Shown here one piece after another: positions 55,947 to 58,094 of a stretch of 58,094 nt of DNA. The stretch is from the IMG/VR virus record IMGVR_UViG_3300030110_001023, positions 1 through 58,094 of that record. The stretch is one strand, 5' to 3'. The stretch is from a virus. Taxonomy: Duplodnaviria; Caudoviricetes. Under the pieces are notes generated by a model. It was not told the DNA's origin. It did not search any database and worked only from the letters and a program-made list of their open reading frames with translations. How positions within the stretch are numbered: position 1 is the first letter of the stretch; every line of letters starts with the position of its first letter. The position numbers and the translations under genes were made by a program.

Positions 55947-56102
55947 GTAAGTAAATGGGCGGCATCCACATCAGTGAACACCGCCCATGCAAATCGCGAG
56001 AATCGAAAGGAACCCGCACCGTAAACCACAATGCGAGTAGAAAAGCTCCTCCATTTGCTGACGGGGTTATAATCGGGGCACTCGCCGTCTAATCCCCATC
56101 AG

Positions 56103-56426
56103 CTAGGGACCGACGTACCGCCAGACCTTGATCTCTCTACTGTGATTAGTCTTTCGCTGAGAGTTTACACGCTCACCCGTGAACTCCCAGTCCTTGCCCC
56201 TGAAGATAGAGCCAGCAGCATTGCCCAAGCTATCGGTGATACCCTCTCTGGCAAACGCCCTGCTTACATCATCAGCAGTCACGGTGCGGCTGTCTCGCAG
56301 CATGGCGATCTGCTTTGCCACATGCCTTGCGTGGGTCAGCAGGTCATGCTTGCTGGCAGCAGCAGATGCCATGCCCTCTTCTTTGAGGCGCTGTGCCTCA
56401 GCTAGATCAAACAAGTCCATTGTCAT
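56103..56426 (-). CDS. hypothetical phage protein
   Basis: K.EGM..A...VTADDV...NAAGSIF...TG..V.S.R..NH...I.VW. Confidence 0.68.
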   Translation of the reverse strand: MTMDLFDLAEAQRLKEEGMASAAASKHDLLTHARHVAKQIAMLRDSRTVTADDVSRAFAREGITDSLGNAAGSIFRGKDWEFTGERVNSQRKTNHSREIKVWRYVGP

Positions 56427-56566
56427 CCCTTCCATGCTATGATGCCTTGCTCAACGCTGGGTGCGAAGTGAAGCAGCCCAACGGTGATTGTAGTCCACAA
56501 AAGAATAGCGATGAAGGAGAGAGCGATCTCTCTCCAATCACGCTTGGCCCAGTCATGTTGTCTCAT
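56423..56566 (-). CDS. 47-aa membrane peptide
   Basis: RBS GGAGG; one TM segment; ATGA overlap; not in ORF track. Confidence 0.5.
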   Translation of the reverse strand: MRQHDWAKRDWREIALSFIAILLWTTITVGLLHFAPSVEQGIIAWKG

Positions 56567-56579
56567 CTGTCACCTCCAA

Positions 56580-57830
56580 TCAGGCAGCGACTTGGACAAC
56601 TGTTGCCCAAGTCGCGTCCTCTTCGATTGCATCCAACCATCTCTGGTCCCGCACACATGCTGCAAGCAGCGTCGGCAGTGCTGGCTCAGGGATGTCTTTA
56701 TAGATATCCTCCATGTCAGAGAAGATGATGATAGCATCAACGTCGAGTTGTTGCTCATCGACATACTCCAGAGCCTTGCAGGTGTTTGTCCCACCGTAGT
56801 AGCGGGTGCGGTCAATCTCATCACCGGGGTCAACGACCTGATGCTCCTTGACCGTGTGGGTGAACTTGACCACATGGCTGGTGATGTCGAACTCTGAGGT
56901 GATCGACTGCAACTCCTCGCAGAACTGGGCGAACATCTCGTCATCGACTGATGATGACACGTCAATCAGAACTGCAATCTCACCGCCCACGTCACGGCGG
57001 CGGGTAGGCAGCGGCACACCCACCGCACGGGACCGACGACCAAGGCGCTGGTAGGACGTGCCAGACGGGCGACCATCCAGCAAGAACCTGCGAAGCACAC
57101 CCCGCCAGTCAACGACTGGCTTGCGTAGCAGCGTGATGTGCTGCTTGAAGGGGCTGTCTTCCTTGCCAGCCTCGCCGCTGATCATGGCGGCATTGAGGAC
57201 GATCTCAGTCCACTTGTCCTCCTCCTCCTTGATCTCTGAGGCGGTGAGACCAGAGCCGTCATCAGATGTGCCATCGATCACCACCCCGTGGCCCTGCATG
57301 TCCACTGGCTGGTCCTTGCCCGACTGGGCAGGGGCATCCCCAGAGCCGCTGTTTTCTTGGGGTTGATCGTCACCACCCTCAGCATCACCCTGAGAGTCAC
57401 CCTCCGATTCGCCAGTACCCTCTGGCTCTGGCTGGTCATCGAACAATTTGCGGTAGATATCTTCCGCTGACTGACCGCGATATGCCAAGTCGATCAGGCC
57501 GTCCTCAGGTAGGGAGAACCCAGCATCAACTAGGATGCTGTTGATGGCGTAGTCAGCAGCCGTGTTCCAGTTATTGGGATCACGCTGCCCCCTGCGAAGA
57601 TGGTGCTTAAAGATCACATGGCACACCTCATGAGCGAGGACGCCCTTGAGGTGAGCGTTAGTGTGGCCATCCACAAACGCAGGGTTGAACCAGATAGAGG
57701 AACCATCTGTCGCCATCGTGTCAAACTGATCTGACTCGATCAGGTTGAGCCGCATGGCGATGTTGCCGAAGAACGGATTGTCCAGCAAAAGCTGCGTCCG
57801 TGCTGTCACGATCTTGTGTTGTGCTGACAT
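56580..57830 (-). CDS. DUF2201-type metallopeptidase + VWA domain protein
   Basis: TMATDG, LAHEVCH (HExxH), WN.AADYAIN, acidic linker, MIDAS DVSSS, GGT, FSD. Confidence 0.88.
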   Translation of the reverse strand: MSAQHKIVTARTQLLLDNPFFGNIAMRLNLIESDQFDTMATDGSSIWFNPAFVDGHTNAHLKGVLAHEVCHVIFKHHLRRGQRDPNNWNTAADYAINSILVDAGFSLPEDGLIDLAYRGQSAEDIYRKLFDDQPEPEGTGESEGDSQGDAEGGDDQPQENSGSGDAPAQSGKDQPVDMQGHGVVIDGTSDDGSGLTASEIKEEEDKWTEIVLNAAMISGEAGKEDSPFKQHITLLRKPVVDWRGVLRRFLLDGRPSGTSYQRLGRRSRAVGVPLPTRRRDVGGEIAVLIDVSSSVDDEMFAQFCEELQSITSEFDITSHVVKFTHTVKEHQVVDPGDEIDRTRYYGGTNTCKALEYVDEQQLDVDAIIIFSDMEDIYKDIPEPALPTLLAACVRDQRWLDAIEEDATWATVVQVAA

Positions 57831-57841
57831 GTCAATACCTC

Positions 57842-58094
57842 CTACTGACCAATAAAGTCATCGATTTGGTTCATGATCTCGCGGGCATCTGCCGCGACTT
57901 CCTGACGCTTGGCACCATCCTCCTTGAGGGTGGCAGCATCAGTCTCAGTGAGACGCTGGCCGATCTCGCGGGCCAACTGCTCAAGGCGAGGGTCATCACC
58001 CACGTTGAGGGACGGCAGCAACTCTGCGATGTCTCGCACGTTGCCGACCAAACTGTCGTAAAGCTTGGCACCCTTCTTGTCGGGATCGTATGCC
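57842..58094 (-). CDS. DUF3150-like protein, C-terminal part (continuation of 1-601)
   Basis: Frame open from the right edge: AYDPDKKGAKLYDSLVGNVRDIAELLPSLNVGDDPRL...REIMNQIDDFIGQ*. Confidence 0.7.
   Translation of the reverse strand, partial: AYDPDKKGAKLYDSLVGNVRDIAELLPSLNVGDDPRLEQLAREIGQRLTETDAATLKEDGAKRQEVAADAREIMNQIDDFIGQ

Noticed and set aside
1-58094. tRNA genes, integrase/att site, IS elements
   Set aside because: No cloverleaf/T-loop signatures, recombinase or transposase motifs seen by eye; tRNAscan and HMM searches are needed to exclude them fully.

Overview
Near-complete ~58 kb genome of a tailed dsDNA phage with a podovirus-like gene layout, probably infecting a marine Alphaproteobacterium (host is an inference). 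The two window ends fall inside one gene, so the sequence is effectively circular with a small gap. Modules: (i) a GC-rich minus-strand early region (53.7-58.1 kb and 0-4.1 kb) with a MoxR-type AAA ATPase, a DUF2201 metallopeptidase/VWA protein, a DUF3150-like protein and many small ORFs; (ii) terS, a Mom-like enzyme, an HTH-fused methyltransferase, terL, portal, GroES, scaffold and major capsid; (iii) tail adaptors, fibres, nozzle and ejection proteins, including a 3139-aa polyvalent protein; (iv) an Asp/Asn hydroxylase and an endolysin-holin-spanin cassette; (v) SSB, Sak3-like annealase, Cas4-like exonuclease, RusA and primase-helicase. No DNA polymerase, integrase, tRNA or CRISPR array was recognised. 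The most notable signals are non-coding. The early transcript carries two hammerhead ribozymes, one with an extra hairpin in its core, and that one would release a ~300-nt highly structured RNA. A 16-bp palindrome occurs six times. Protein-level signals include an MxxGG motif shared across predicted virion proteins and QKFSR-delimited enzyme cassettes in the giant protein. All family calls are from motif recognition by eye; no database searches were run.
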